Shown piece by piece: positions 25,076 through 34,116 of a stretch of DNA of 40,307 bases. How positions within the stretch are numbered: the stretch's first letter is position 1; each line of letters opens with the position of its first letter. This DNA is from an uncultured Candidatus Saccharibacteria bacterium (GTDB taxonomy: Bacteria > Patescibacteriota > Saccharimonadia > Saccharimonadales > CAYVSP01). A program made the position numbers and the translations under genes. The notes under the pieces were generated by a model, which searched no databases, was not told the origin of the DNA, and was given only the letters and a program-made list of their open reading frames with translations. The stretch is from contig CAZVBA010000002.1 of NCBI GenBank assembly GCA_964625325.1, positions 1 through 40,307 of the forward strand, read 5' to 3'.

Positions 25076-25957
25076 ATGCCGGAGTTACCAGAGGTTGAAA
25101 CAGTTCGACGTGGGTTAAGCGCGCTGCTGCCAGGGAAGACAATTGTTGGCGTGACGCACGATTGGCAGAAATCGTTTCCCAATGCCAAAGAAGATGTCCA
25201 ACAGTTTTTAATTGGCGCCAAAGTCATGGCGGTTGCACGACGAGCCAAGGTGTTATTGATCGAACTTTCCAGCAAATACAGCCTGGTGATTCACCTCAAA
25301 ATGACCGGACAACTGGTATTTCGCAGCAATGACGATCAACTGAAATTTGGCGCCGGTCACCCTAGTGGTTCGTTAGTCGGGAATTTACCGGATAAAAGCA
25401 CCCATGTGACACTTGATTTGGGTGACAGCAAGTTGTTTTTCAATGACCAACGCAAATTTGGCTGGGTGCGGTTAATCCCGACGGCCGAGGTGCCGCAAAT
25501 TGATTTTATGAAGCGGCTCGGACCGGAACCTTTGAGTGCAGATTTTACCCAAAAAGATTTCCGCGAACGGTTGGCCAGACGGCCGAACACAAATATTAAG
25601 GCGGCGCTGCTGGACCAAAGCGTCATAGCCGGCGTCGGCAACATTTACGCCGACGAAAGCCTGTGGGGCGCCAAGCTTCACCCGGCCACCTTGGTCAAAA
25701 ACATATCTGTTAAAAAGCTTAATCAGCTGTATGATTCGCTGCGCGCCGTGCTGGAGTTATCAATTGAAAAAGGTGGCTCGACCGACCGCAATTATGTCGA
25801 CGCCGAAGGCCGCAAGGGCAGCTATCTAAGCTTCGCCAAGGTCTTCCGCCGCGAAGGCCAACCATGCCCACGACACCCGGATACATTGATTCAGAAAATC
25901 CGTGTCGCCGGCCGTGGTACCCACATCTGCCCAAAGTGCCAACCCTTTATAAAGTAA
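25076..25957 (+). CDS. mutM: Formamidopyrimidine-DNA glycosylase
   Basis: The N-terminus is MPELPEVETVRRGL. It also has H2TH (GVGNIYADESLW) and a C-terminal zinc-finger region (CPRH...ICPKC). The start is at ATG 25076. Confidence 0.92.
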   Translation: MPELPEVETVRRGLSALLPGKTIVGVTHDWQKSFPNAKEDVQQFLIGAKVMAVARRAKVLLIELSSKYSLVIHLKMTGQLVFRSNDDQLKFGAGHPSGSLVGNLPDKSTHVTLDLGDSKLFFNDQRKFGWVRLIPTAEVPQIDFMKRLGPEPLSADFTQKDFRERLARRPNTNIKAALLDQSVIAGVGNIYADESLWGAKLHPATLVKNISVKKLNQLYDSLRAVLELSIEKGGSTDRNYVDAEGRKGSYLSFAKVFRREGQPCPRHPDTLIQKIRVAGRGTHICPKCQPFIK

Positions 25958-25983
25958 GAAAACATGATATTATATTAGAAATT

Positions 25984-26604
25984 ATGAGTATGTCGAAAGG
26001 TGAGTTTGACCCGGCATTGGTTACGAGGCCAAAGCGAAGACTTAATGACCCAACCAGGGCCCAGCTAAATGTTCCTAATGCTTTACGCCTATTAAACAAG
26101 TACCCCTATATTTTTGGTGAAAATGTCGAATCGGCGGAAAGCGTTACACCAGCCTTATTGGTACCAGAGAGTGATGGAACCGCACTTCTGGTCGGGAAAG
26201 CGGAAGACATCTTATCACCATACGCCCACGATGAGGTATGTGACAGACATAAAACCAAATCTTTTACCACGGTTTCGGCATATGTCGCCAAGTTGGCGGC
26301 GGGTAACGCCGTATACTACAATCCGGACCAGGCTTATAGATTGTCGTCACCACCGGAAGCAGATCAGCTAGATGGAGATATTTTTGATGTTCGGATTGGT
26401 GGAGTTAGTTCTGCAATCGACAGGGGTGCTCGGCTTGATTTCGTAGGTATTACAAACCAATTTATGCAGGTTTATCGGGCCGGCGTTGCAAACCGGTATA
26501 GCTATGAAGAAATCGAAACCGGCTGCGGGATTGCGTTAAATGGTTTACAGTCCGGATTGCCGTTTACATTAGCAGAAATCATGGAATACGCCGTTGGTGA
26601 TTAA
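25984..26604 (+). CDS. Hypothetical protein
   Basis: 206-aa ORF from ATG 25984. The longer track ORF from 25864 overlaps the mutM 3' end. TATATT 25971-25976 lies 7 nt upstream. Confidence 0.5.
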   Translation: MSMSKGEFDPALVTRPKRRLNDPTRAQLNVPNALRLLNKYPYIFGENVESAESVTPALLVPESDGTALLVGKAEDILSPYAHDEVCDRHKTKSFTTVSAYVAKLAAGNAVYYNPDQAYRLSSPPEADQLDGDIFDVRIGGVSSAIDRGARLDFVGITNQFMQVYRAGVANRYSYEEIETGCGIALNGLQSGLPFTLAEIMEYAVGD

Positions 26605-26641
26605 ATAGCGCAGCTTAAAGTTGCTGCTATGCTTTAGATAC

Positions 26642-27562
26642 ATGGTAATTACGTTAACGGGGAGTAATAGTTTTGCGCTGAAAGCCGAGCTGGATCGGCG
26701 GGTTGCTGCGTTTCTGAAAGAGCACGGCGATATGGCGCTGGAGCGCCTGGATGGGGAAGAGGCCGAGTTTAACCGCCTGACCGAAGCTTTGCAAAGCCTG
26801 CCATTTCTGGCCACCAAAAAGCTGGCAGTGCTGCGCTCGCCTGGTGCAAATAAGCAATTTGCCGAAAAGTTTGAAGAATTACTGCCGACAATTGCCGAAA
26901 CCACCGATGTTATTATCGTCGAACCCAAGCTGGATAAACGCACGCAGTATTATAAGACGCTGAAGAGCAAGACTGAGCTCAAAGAGTTTAATGAGCTTGA
27001 TGCGCCGCAACTGGCCCGCTGGTTAGTTGACGCGGCCAGGGAGCGTAAAGGCAGCCTAACCCTAGGGGACGCCAACTATCTGGTGGAGCGAGTTGGAGCC
27101 AACCAATTGATGTTACATAGCGAACTGACCAAACTGCTGGACTATGACCCGGCCGTTACGCGCAAAACTATAGATTTATTAACCGAACCGTCACCGCAGA
27201 GCACCATTTTTGAACTGCTCGATGCTGCCTTCAACGGTCGCACCAAACGGGCGATTGAACTGTACGAAGAACAACGCAAATTAAAAGTCGAACCAATTCA
27301 GATTATCGCCATGCTGGCCTGGCAGCTGCACACCATGGCCATCATCAAATCAGCGGGAGGTAGGTCGCCCGAACAAATTGCCAGGGAAGGCAAGCTGAAC
27401 CCCTACGTGGTCCGCAAAAACTTGCCGCTGGTCAAGAAATTAACCATGTCCGAGCTCAAAGATCTAGTTGCCCGAGTCCTGGAGTTGGATATCAAGCTGA
27501 AGAGCCAAAGTATCGACGCCGACGACGCCATGCAGCACTTGTTGCTCACAATTGCTCAGTAA
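26642..27562 (+). CDS. holA: DNA polymerase III delta subunit
   Basis: 306 aa. VITLTGSNSFALKAEL..., ...LPFLATKKLAVLR..., with length and helical C-terminal domain typical of HolA. Confidence 0.75.
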   Translation: MVITLTGSNSFALKAELDRRVAAFLKEHGDMALERLDGEEAEFNRLTEALQSLPFLATKKLAVLRSPGANKQFAEKFEELLPTIAETTDVIIVEPKLDKRTQYYKTLKSKTELKEFNELDAPQLARWLVDAARERKGSLTLGDANYLVERVGANQLMLHSELTKLLDYDPAVTRKTIDLLTEPSPQSTIFELLDAAFNGRTKRAIELYEEQRKLKVEPIQIIAMLAWQLHTMAIIKSAGGRSPEQIAREGKLNPYVVRKNLPLVKKLTMSELKDLVARVLELDIKLKSQSIDADDAMQHLLLTIAQ

Positions 27563-27619
27563 CTGCTCATGCTTGCAAACCGTTTGGGGTGTGCAAGAAT
27601 GTACACAACAGGAAATACT

Positions 27620-28087
27620 ATGACCACTGATACAGAAGCAGCCGAACTACAATTAGTCGCAGAAGCACGCGCTCGCATGAGGCAATTCCAGGCCGTTCTC
27701 AATCTAGGAAAAGCAGCGACCGCACTTGAAAAACAAGCAGAAGAAATACGTAAAAGCATCGATCTACTTAATCTAGAGGACTACCCAGTGCCCGAAGGAG
27801 CGGTGATTCTATTGGAAACAAAACGTTCCGAAGATCCTTTCGAGGCCGAAGTATTACATGAACTTCTTACTGGTGGCGCTACATGGGATAAGTCTGGTCC
27901 AGGGGGTATAGCTTATCGGGCAAATATCACAGAGGATTCAAATCATCGACAATTTTGGGGCCACGATGTTGGATATGACTCCATCAATGATGAAGTTTGG
28001 GTCTATAATGCAGCCGGCAATTTTCGCGTTCGTTTACTCGACGATATAGACTGGCATGCTCTATCCGATTCTAGCGGTGGCGACTAA
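27620..28087 (+). CDS. Hypothetical protein
   Basis: The ORF is open from 27569. ATG 27620 is preferred because AGGAAA lies 4 nt upstream. AT-richer than neighbours, and it overlaps the rpsT stop by 4 nt (convergent). Confidence 0.45.
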   Translation: MTTDTEAAELQLVAEARARMRQFQAVLNLGKAATALEKQAEEIRKSIDLLNLEDYPVPEGAVILLETKRSEDPFEAEVLHELLTGGATWDKSGPGGIAYRANITEDSNHRQFWGHDVGYDSINDEVWVYNAAGNFRVRLLDDIDWHALSDSSGGD

Positions 28088-28443
28088 GCTTTCTTCTTTG
28101 GGGCAGTCTTTTTGAGGGCGGTTTTGGCGGTAGTTTTCTTGGGTGCGACTTTCTTGACGGCTTTTGGTGCAGCTTTTTGAACCTTGGTGCCGGCCGCTTT
28201 GGCAGCCTTGGCTAGCTGGCGCTGTTTGCGAGCAATCTTATTCTTGTGCATTACATTCTTTTTGCCGGCCTTGGCTAGGGCGCTTTGGGCTTTGGACTGG
28301 GCTTCAGCCACTTTGCTACCGCCGCTAACAGCGGACTGAAAGCCTTTCAGGGCAGTTTTCAGGTTGCGCTTGGTCTTAGCGTTGAGACTGGCGGCCTTGC
28401 GGGCGACGCGCACTCGTTTCTTGGCTGACTTGATAATCGGCAT
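28084..28443 (-). CDS. rpsT: 30S ribosomal protein S20 with Lys/Ala/Pro-rich C-terminal extension
   Basis: MPIIKSAKKRVRVARKAASLNAKTKRNLKTALK is a canonical S20 N-terminus. 119 aa. AAGAGGA lies 9 nt upstream. Confidence 0.9.
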   Translation of the reverse strand: MPIIKSAKKRVRVARKAASLNAKTKRNLKTALKGFQSAVSGGSKVAEAQSKAQSALAKAGKKNVMHKNKIARKQRQLAKAAKAAGTKVQKAAPKAVKKVAPKKTTAKTALKKTAPKKKA

Positions 28444-28486
28444 TAGGGATTGTCCTCTTTAAACGTACTATTTTAGTCGAGGCTCA

Positions 28487-28514
28487 ACTATACAGAGGTC
28501 GTCGCTGTTTGTAA
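28487..28514 (-). promoter_or_regulatory. Candidate rpsT promoter
   Basis: On the minus strand: TTACAA (28514-28509), 16-nt spacer, TATAGT (28492-28487). Confidence 0.45.
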
Positions 28515-28597
28515 AGTGTTATGCCTATATGTTTATGTTTACTAACTGAGAGATTTATGATACCTTATGCGAGTAAGATATCTAAAATAAACACAAC

Positions 28598-30337
28598 ATG
28601 GATCAACAAGCCAAGCAACAGATTGCGGAGCGTTTAAAAACCGCTAATAACGTACTGGTTACGGTCAGTACCAACCCGTCGGTTGACCAACTGGCGGCCA
28701 CCATTGGTTTTACGCTGTTATTAAACAAGCTGGGTAAGCACGGTACCGCCGTTTTCAGTGGCAGCGTGCCTTCGACCCTGGAATTTCTGCGCCCCGAAGC
28801 CACCATTGAGAAGACCACTGACTCCTTGCGCGATTTCATAATTGCCCTGGATAAAACCAAGGCCGATAAGCTGCGTTACAAGGTTGAAGACAAGGTGGTC
28901 AAGATATTCATTACCCCGTACCGTGCCAGCCTTTCTGAAAAAGACCTGGATTTCAGCCAAGGGGATTTTAACGTCGATGTCGTTGTGGCCCTTGGCGTTC
29001 GTGAACCGAAAGACCTTGATACAGCTATTATCACTCACGGCCGGATTTTGCACGATGCTACGGTTATCTCAATCAACGTTGAGGACAAGGGTACCCTGGG
29101 CAGCATCAATTGGAGCGAGCCGCTCTACAGCAGCCTCTGTGAATTATTGGTTAGTTTGGGCGAAGAACTGGGCCCCAATCTGTTTGACGCCCAAATGGCC
29201 ACCGCCTTTTTGACCGGCATTGTGGCCGAGACCAAGCGCTTTAGTAATGATAAAACCAGTCCGCACACCATGACCGTCGCGGCCCGGCTTATGAGCATGG
29301 GTGCTAACCAGCAGCTGATTGCTACCAAACTGGAAAAATCACCGCCGCCACCAGCGCCAAAACAGCCGCCCAAGCCGCAACCTAAGGCCGACAAGCCTAA
29401 AACACCTTCGGCTGAGGAATTTGACAAGGTAAAATTGGACGAATTGGTTAAAGAAAAGCCTAAAACTGAAGAGAAGAAGCCCAATACTGACGGTTCGCTA
29501 AAAATAGACCACACACCACCGCCACCGGCGCTAAGTGAAGAACAAACTAATGACCAGATACGGATTGATACCCAGGGCACCCTCCATCGACTTGATGAGG
29601 AAGCCCAACGGGCGGCCGACAAGGCCAAAGAATCAAAGCAAGAGCTGCTTGACGACAATTTGGACGCTAAAGACGACGAGGCCCCCCGCCGAGTACTTGA
29701 ATCGCCGACATCGGACAGTAAACTGACAGCTAACACCGAACCAGAGCGCTACGATCCGAGCACCGATCCGCTTACTCTACCATTGGTTCCATCACCATTA
29801 CTGAACCGTTTTGCGCCTACCAATACGAAACCACTGGTTTCTAACGAGGCCTTAAGTGGCACCGAGGAACCGGCTGGTAATCCAATAGTATCTACGCCGG
29901 CCGCGCCGACGGTTCCCAGCCCGGACGCTGCTCGCGACGCCATCAACGAAGCTCTCCAGTCCGCGCCCAACCCGCCGCTGGAACCGATAGCCGCTCTAAA
30001 CGCCCAGACGGTTGACCTCGGCAAGGCTGATGTAACGACACCATCAAGTGTCACGCTGCCTACTCCAGCTGCGCCAGTAGGGAACCCGCCGACCCTGAAC
30101 CAACCATTTGCACCGCCAGCACCTTTGCCACCACCTGCGTCCACTCCCGCGCCGGTGCCTAGTGTGCCACTACCGCCGCACCTGACTGTGCCACCTAGCT
30201 CAAACGTACCGCTAACTAACGCTTCCGGCCCGGCCACGCCTCCTCCGCCAGTGCCGCCACCAATGATGCCACCAGCCTTCGGCCAACCGCCAACCGACGA
30301 CGAAAATACTCCATCGCAGCCACTGGCTCCGCTCTAA
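28598..30337 (+). CDS. Degenerate DHH-family (NrnA-like) domain protein with long Pro-rich tail
   Basis: The N-terminal ~240 aa are collinear with the DHH phosphoesterase layout (VLVTVSTNPSVDQLAATIGF ... FLTGIVAETKRFSNDKTSPHTMTVAARLMSMGA). The C-terminal ~330 aa are low-complexity and P/A/K/T-rich. Confidence 0.6.
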   Translation: MDQQAKQQIAERLKTANNVLVTVSTNPSVDQLAATIGFTLLLNKLGKHGTAVFSGSVPSTLEFLRPEATIEKTTDSLRDFIIALDKTKADKLRYKVEDKVVKIFITPYRASLSEKDLDFSQGDFNVDVVVALGVREPKDLDTAIITHGRILHDATVISINVEDKGTLGSINWSEPLYSSLCELLVSLGEELGPNLFDAQMATAFLTGIVAETKRFSNDKTSPHTMTVAARLMSMGANQQLIATKLEKSPPPPAPKQPPKPQPKADKPKTPSAEEFDKVKLDELVKEKPKTEEKKPNTDGSLKIDHTPPPPALSEEQTNDQIRIDTQGTLHRLDEEAQRAADKAKESKQELLDDNLDAKDDEAPRRVLESPTSDSKLTANTEPERYDPSTDPLTLPLVPSPLLNRFAPTNTKPLVSNEALSGTEEPAGNPIVSTPAAPTVPSPDAARDAINEALQSAPNPPLEPIAALNAQTVDLGKADVTTPSSVTLPTPAAPVGNPPTLNQPFAPPAPLPPPASTPAPVPSVPLPPHLTVPPSSNVPLTNASGPATPPPPVPPPMMPPAFGQPPTDDENTPSQPLAPL

Positions 30338-30354
30338 ACGCTATACTGTGGGTC

Positions 30355-31059
30355 ATGGACGGCCTACTTCTTATTGATAAACCTTCTGGTTGGACGTCGT
30401 TTGACGTCGTTGCTAAGGTTCGTGGCCTGTTGAAGCAATCGGGGGTTGCCAAGCCGAAAGTAGGGCACACTGGTACGCTGGACCCGCTGGCCACTGGTTT
30501 ACTGGTTTTAGTAATCGGTAATTACACAAAACGGGCGGCTGAATTCTCCAAACTCGATAAAACCTACGAAGTAACGATGAAGCTGGGGCAGACCAGTACC
30601 ACTGGCGACGCCGAAGGCGAACTCACAACAGTAAAACACTCCTATTCTGTGCTATCGCATCAAATAGAAACGGTTTTTAAGGAGTTTGAAGGCGAGATTA
30701 TGCAGACGCCGCCACAATATTCGGCTATCAAAGTTGACGGGCAGCGAGCCTATAAGCTGGCCCGCAAAGGGCAGAAAGTTGAGTTGGAACCGAGGAAGGT
30801 TACAGTTTACCGGTTACGGGTTACCGAATACGAATACCCGGAAGTGAAGTTTACGGCTAAAGTCAGCAGCGGCACCTACGTCCGCTCGCTGGTAGAGGAT
30901 ATCGGCACCAAACTGGGTACCGGCGCCTATATGTCCGACCTTCGCCGCACCAAAGTGGGCAAGTTTACAATAGAAGAGGCCCAGCAAATCGAGGGTATTG
31001 ACATCTCTAGGGTATTGACAAAAATAGATAAAGCTATTAAAATATATACTCATGAGTAA
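30355..31059 (+). CDS. truB: tRNA pseudouridine(55) synthase
   Basis: GLLLIDKPSGWTSFDVV, GHTGTLDPLATGLLVL, PPQYSAIKVDG. TATACT 30342-30347 lies 7 nt before the ATG. Confidence 0.92.
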   Translation: MDGLLLIDKPSGWTSFDVVAKVRGLLKQSGVAKPKVGHTGTLDPLATGLLVLVIGNYTKRAAEFSKLDKTYEVTMKLGQTSTTGDAEGELTTVKHSYSVLSHQIETVFKEFEGEIMQTPPQYSAIKVDGQRAYKLARKGQKVELEPRKVTVYRLRVTEYEYPEVKFTAKVSSGTYVRSLVEDIGTKLGTGAYMSDLRRTKVGKFTIEEAQQIEGIDISRVLTKIDKAIKIYTHE

Positions 31060-31351
31060 TCTTGGTCATGAGTCTGGCGAGTACCCTTTACCAATCTTAA
31101 AAAGTGATACTGTACACGGACTCGTTGGTAGTTTTGAGGATCTAGGCCCCAATGAAGCTTTTAGGGTTGCCTTTGAACGCATGGATAGGGCGAACCCAGT
31201 TTTAGGAAAAGCGGTAAAAAATTTTGCTGAAACCCAGTTACGCCTCAAGGATGAACGCGAAATCCAGATTGCATACAGAATTCTGGTTATTACCCACGAA
31301 CTTCTCTTAAAGCAGGCTGAAGTAGACGGATTGAACCAACACCTTGCTTAA
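31052..31351 (+). CDS. Hypothetical small protein
   Basis: 99-aa ORF. Its ATG overlaps the truB 3' end by 8 nt. No family recognised. Confidence 0.4.
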   Translation: MSNLGHESGEYPLPILKSDTVHGLVGSFEDLGPNEAFRVAFERMDRANPVLGKAVKNFAETQLRLKDEREIQIAYRILVITHELLLKQAEVDGLNQHLA

Positions 31352-31384
31352 CAGATGAGAGTGTGGTAAGGTACTTCTTAGCAT

Positions 31385-31648
31385 ATGGTAACTTCGGAAG
31401 ATAAAACTAAAGCTGCTCCTAAAAAAGCGGCTAAAGAGGATACGGGCAGCACCCCTGTTCAGATTACCCGATTGACCGCGCATATCAAGGAATTGACCGG
31501 CCACTTGAAGAAGAACCCTAAGGATTTCGCCGCCCAACGCGGACTGCTGCAAATGGTTGGCCAACGCAAGCGTTTACTAAATTATTTAGCCCGTAAAGAC
31601 AGTAAGGGATACTTGGCTCTTAAAGAGAAATTAGGCATTCGCCGCTAG
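31385..31648 (+). CDS. rpsO: 30S ribosomal protein S15
   Basis: GSTPVQITRLTAHIKELTGHLKKNPKDFAAQRGLLQMVGQRKRLLNYL is the canonical S15 pattern. Confidence 0.95.
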   Translation: MVTSEDKTKAAPKKAAKEDTGSTPVQITRLTAHIKELTGHLKKNPKDFAAQRGLLQMVGQRKRLLNYLARKDSKGYLALKEKLGIRR

Positions 31649-31727
31649 TTTTTAGATGTTAGAACGTTGGACGCTTTAACAAAGTTTCCAAAATCTAGAA
31701 TCTACATTTCTAGGGAACATTAAATTA

Positions 31728-31786
31728 TTCGGGCGTAGGACAGTAGGTTTTCGCTTCAATGCGGAAGCTTCAATCTTATTCCCGAA
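31728..31786 (+). promoter_or_regulatory. Candidate structured pnp 5' leader
   Basis: TTCGGG (31728-31733) pairs with CCCGAA (31781-31786). This encloses an inner hairpin GCTTC/GAAGC (31753-31768). It ends 4 nt before the GAGAGGA SD of pnp. Confidence 0.3.
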
Positions 31787-31799
31787 CAGAGAGGATAAC

Positions 31800-33947
31800 A
31801 TGGGAACAATTAACCCATTTGGTAAGAAAATCATAAAAGTAGAGACCGATTTGGCCGGGCGCAAGCTCAGCCTGGAAGTCGGCCGCGTCGGCTTTCGCAG
31901 TACGGCGTCAGTTTTGGCGCGCTACGGCGACACCGTCGTGCTGGCCACCGCCATGGTCAGCCCCAAAAGTATCAGTGGCATGGACTATTTCCCGCTGTCA
32001 ATAGACTATGAAGAAAAATTTTATGCAGCTGGCAAGATCAGCGGCTCACGCTTCATTAAAAGGGAAGGTCGCCCATCCGACGACGCCGTTTTAATCGGCC
32101 GATTGATTGACCGTCCTATCCGTCCGCTATTTCCAAAAGGCTACCGTCAAGAGGTCCAGGGCGTCACGACCGTGCTGAGTATGGACCCGGAATTCCGACC
32201 CGACATGGTCGCCATGATTGCCATGAGCGCAGCATTTTGTCTGACCGGCGCACCGTTTGATGGCCCGATTGCCGGCATACGAGTTGGCATGGTTGACGGC
32301 AAGCTCAAGGCATTTGCTTCAGCTGAGGAATTGAACACCGGTCTGCTCGACCTCGTCGTGGCCGGCACCAAGGAAGCCATTATGATGGTTGAAGCCGGTG
32401 CCAACGAAGTCAGCGAAGAACAGGTGATTGAAGCGCTGAGCTTTGCGCACACCACCATGCAGCCGGCTATCAAGTTGCAAGAAGAGCTAATTGCTAAAGT
32501 CAGTGTCAAACCGATTGAATACGAGCTTTTGAAACCCGATGAAGACATCCAAAAACGGGTCGACACCTGGCTGGCCGGCAAAATCGGTGCCGGCTTGCGC
32601 CGTCCATACCCGGAGCGCAATGATCTAGTTAATCAGCTCAAAGACGCCATGTTTGCGCACTTTGCCGACGAGATTGGCGACGAGTTCGACACACTGAAGG
32701 CCGAATACGACGAAGCTTTCACCATGTCGCTGCATAAAGACGTGCGCGACGGCATCGTCAAAGATAATATCCGCCCGGATGGTCGCAAACTCGACGAAGT
32801 CCGGCCACTGAGTAGCGAAGTCGGCTTCTTGCCCCGGGCCCACGGCTCCAGCCTGTTTACCCGCGGTGTTACACAAGCTTTAAATATAGTTACACTGGCA
32901 CCGCTGAGCTTTGCTCAGATGCTTGATACCATGGAGCGCACCGACAGCGAAAAGCGCTACATGCACCACTATAACGCCCCCGGTTACACGGTTGGCGAGG
33001 TGAAACGCCTGGGCAGTCCCGGACGACGTGAAATCGGCCACAGCGCCCTAGCCGAACGGGCCTTGTTACCGGTTATCCCGGAAGAAGGCGAATTCCCGTA
33101 CGCTATCCGCTCGGTTACCGAAATCATGAGCCAGAACGGCAGCACCAGCATGGCGGCGACCTGTTCTAGCTGTTTAGCACTGATGGACGCCGGCGTGCCG
33201 CTGAAGGCACCGGTCAGCGGTATTGCTATGGGTCTGATGGTCAATGACGGCAAATACTATGTGCTCAGCGATATTGCCGACGCCGAGGACTTTGCTGGCG
33301 ACATGGACTTCAAGGTCGCTGGAACCGCCAAGGGCATTACAGCCTTGCAAATGGACATGAAAGTCCACGGTCTGCCGGTGGACGTCTTGGCCAAAGCCCT
33401 AAAAGAGGGCAAAATCGGCCGTGCCCACATTCTCAAGCATATGATTGAGACACTGGCCGCACCACGGACTGAAATGAGCCCATTTGCGCCGCGCGTCGAA
33501 TCTATCAAGATTAACCCCGATAAAATCCGTGAAGTCATCGGCAAGGGCGGCGAGACTATTAATAAGATTATCGCCGAGACCGGCGCTCAGATTGATATTA
33601 AAGACGACGGCACGGTGTTCATTGCCAGTCCTGACAAGAAATCAATTGACGGCGCCCGCCAGTACATTGAAACCCTGACAGCCGAGCCGGAAATCGGCAA
33701 GATATATAAGAACGTACCAGTGGTAAGCGTCATGGACTTCGGCGCCTTCGTGCAGATCATGCCCGGCAAAGACGGCCTGGTGCACGTCAGCGAGATGAAG
33801 GAAGAGCGCGTCAACAAACCGAGCGACGTCGTCAAAGAAGGCGACTTAGTCACTGTTAAACTAGTGGCCGTTGACGAGAGAGGCCGCCTGAACCTCAGCA
33901 TGAGACAAGCAGCCCGAGAGGAAAGTGGTGAAAAGCCCAAATCCTAA
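31800..33947 (+). CDS. pnp: Polyribonucleotide nucleotidyltransferase (PNPase)
   Basis: 715 aa with two RNase PH domains followed by KH (GKGGETINKI) and S1 (VMDFGAFVQIMPGKDGLVHVSEM) domains. Confidence 0.95.
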   Translation: MGTINPFGKKIIKVETDLAGRKLSLEVGRVGFRSTASVLARYGDTVVLATAMVSPKSISGMDYFPLSIDYEEKFYAAGKISGSRFIKREGRPSDDAVLIGRLIDRPIRPLFPKGYRQEVQGVTTVLSMDPEFRPDMVAMIAMSAAFCLTGAPFDGPIAGIRVGMVDGKLKAFASAEELNTGLLDLVVAGTKEAIMMVEAGANEVSEEQVIEALSFAHTTMQPAIKLQEELIAKVSVKPIEYELLKPDEDIQKRVDTWLAGKIGAGLRRPYPERNDLVNQLKDAMFAHFADEIGDEFDTLKAEYDEAFTMSLHKDVRDGIVKDNIRPDGRKLDEVRPLSSEVGFLPRAHGSSLFTRGVTQALNIVTLAPLSFAQMLDTMERTDSEKRYMHHYNAPGYTVGEVKRLGSPGRREIGHSALAERALLPVIPEEGEFPYAIRSVTEIMSQNGSTSMAATCSSCLALMDAGVPLKAPVSGIAMGLMVNDGKYYVLSDIADAEDFAGDMDFKVAGTAKGITALQMDMKVHGLPVDVLAKALKEGKIGRAHILKHMIETLAAPRTEMSPFAPRVESIKINPDKIREVIGKGGETINKIIAETGAQIDIKDDGTVFIASPDKKSIDGARQYIETLTAEPEIGKIYKNVPVVSVMDFGAFVQIMPGKDGLVHVSEMKEERVNKPSDVVKEGDLVTVKLVAVDERGRLNLSMRQAAREESGEKPKS

Positions 33948-34116
33948 AAAACTAGTCATAGGTTTGGTCTTCCTGGTGCTGGCCTACATTGCCGGCTCTA
34001 GAGCTTTGGACACCGGCAGCTACTGGGAATACCTGGGCTGTCTAGTGGCCTTGGTACTTGGCATTAAGTTTATTGTTCACGCAGTTCGTAACCATAGATA
34101 TGGCAAAAAAGACTAA
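33925..34116 (+). CDS. Small membrane protein (uncertain)
   Basis: 63 aa, GTG start overlapping the pnp 3' end, two hydrophobic helices. It overlaps the UDG start by 17 nt. Confidence 0.35.
   Translation: MVKSPNPKKLVIGLVFLVLAYIAGSRALDTGSYWEYLGCLVALVLGIKFIVHAVRNHRYGKKD

Noticed and set aside
24889-25275. 128-aa minus-strand ORF in the track that covers element copy A and the 5' end of mutM.
   Set aside because: It is antisense to the strongly supported mutM N-terminus (PELPEVE). It has no family resemblance, and no equivalent ORF exists at copy B.
29340-30337. The proline-rich region of the DHH-like gene as a possible tandem DNA repeat or contingency locus.
   Set aside because: Reading the nucleotides shows biased codon composition (CCG/CCA/GCC runs) but no exact repeating unit or homopolymer tract.
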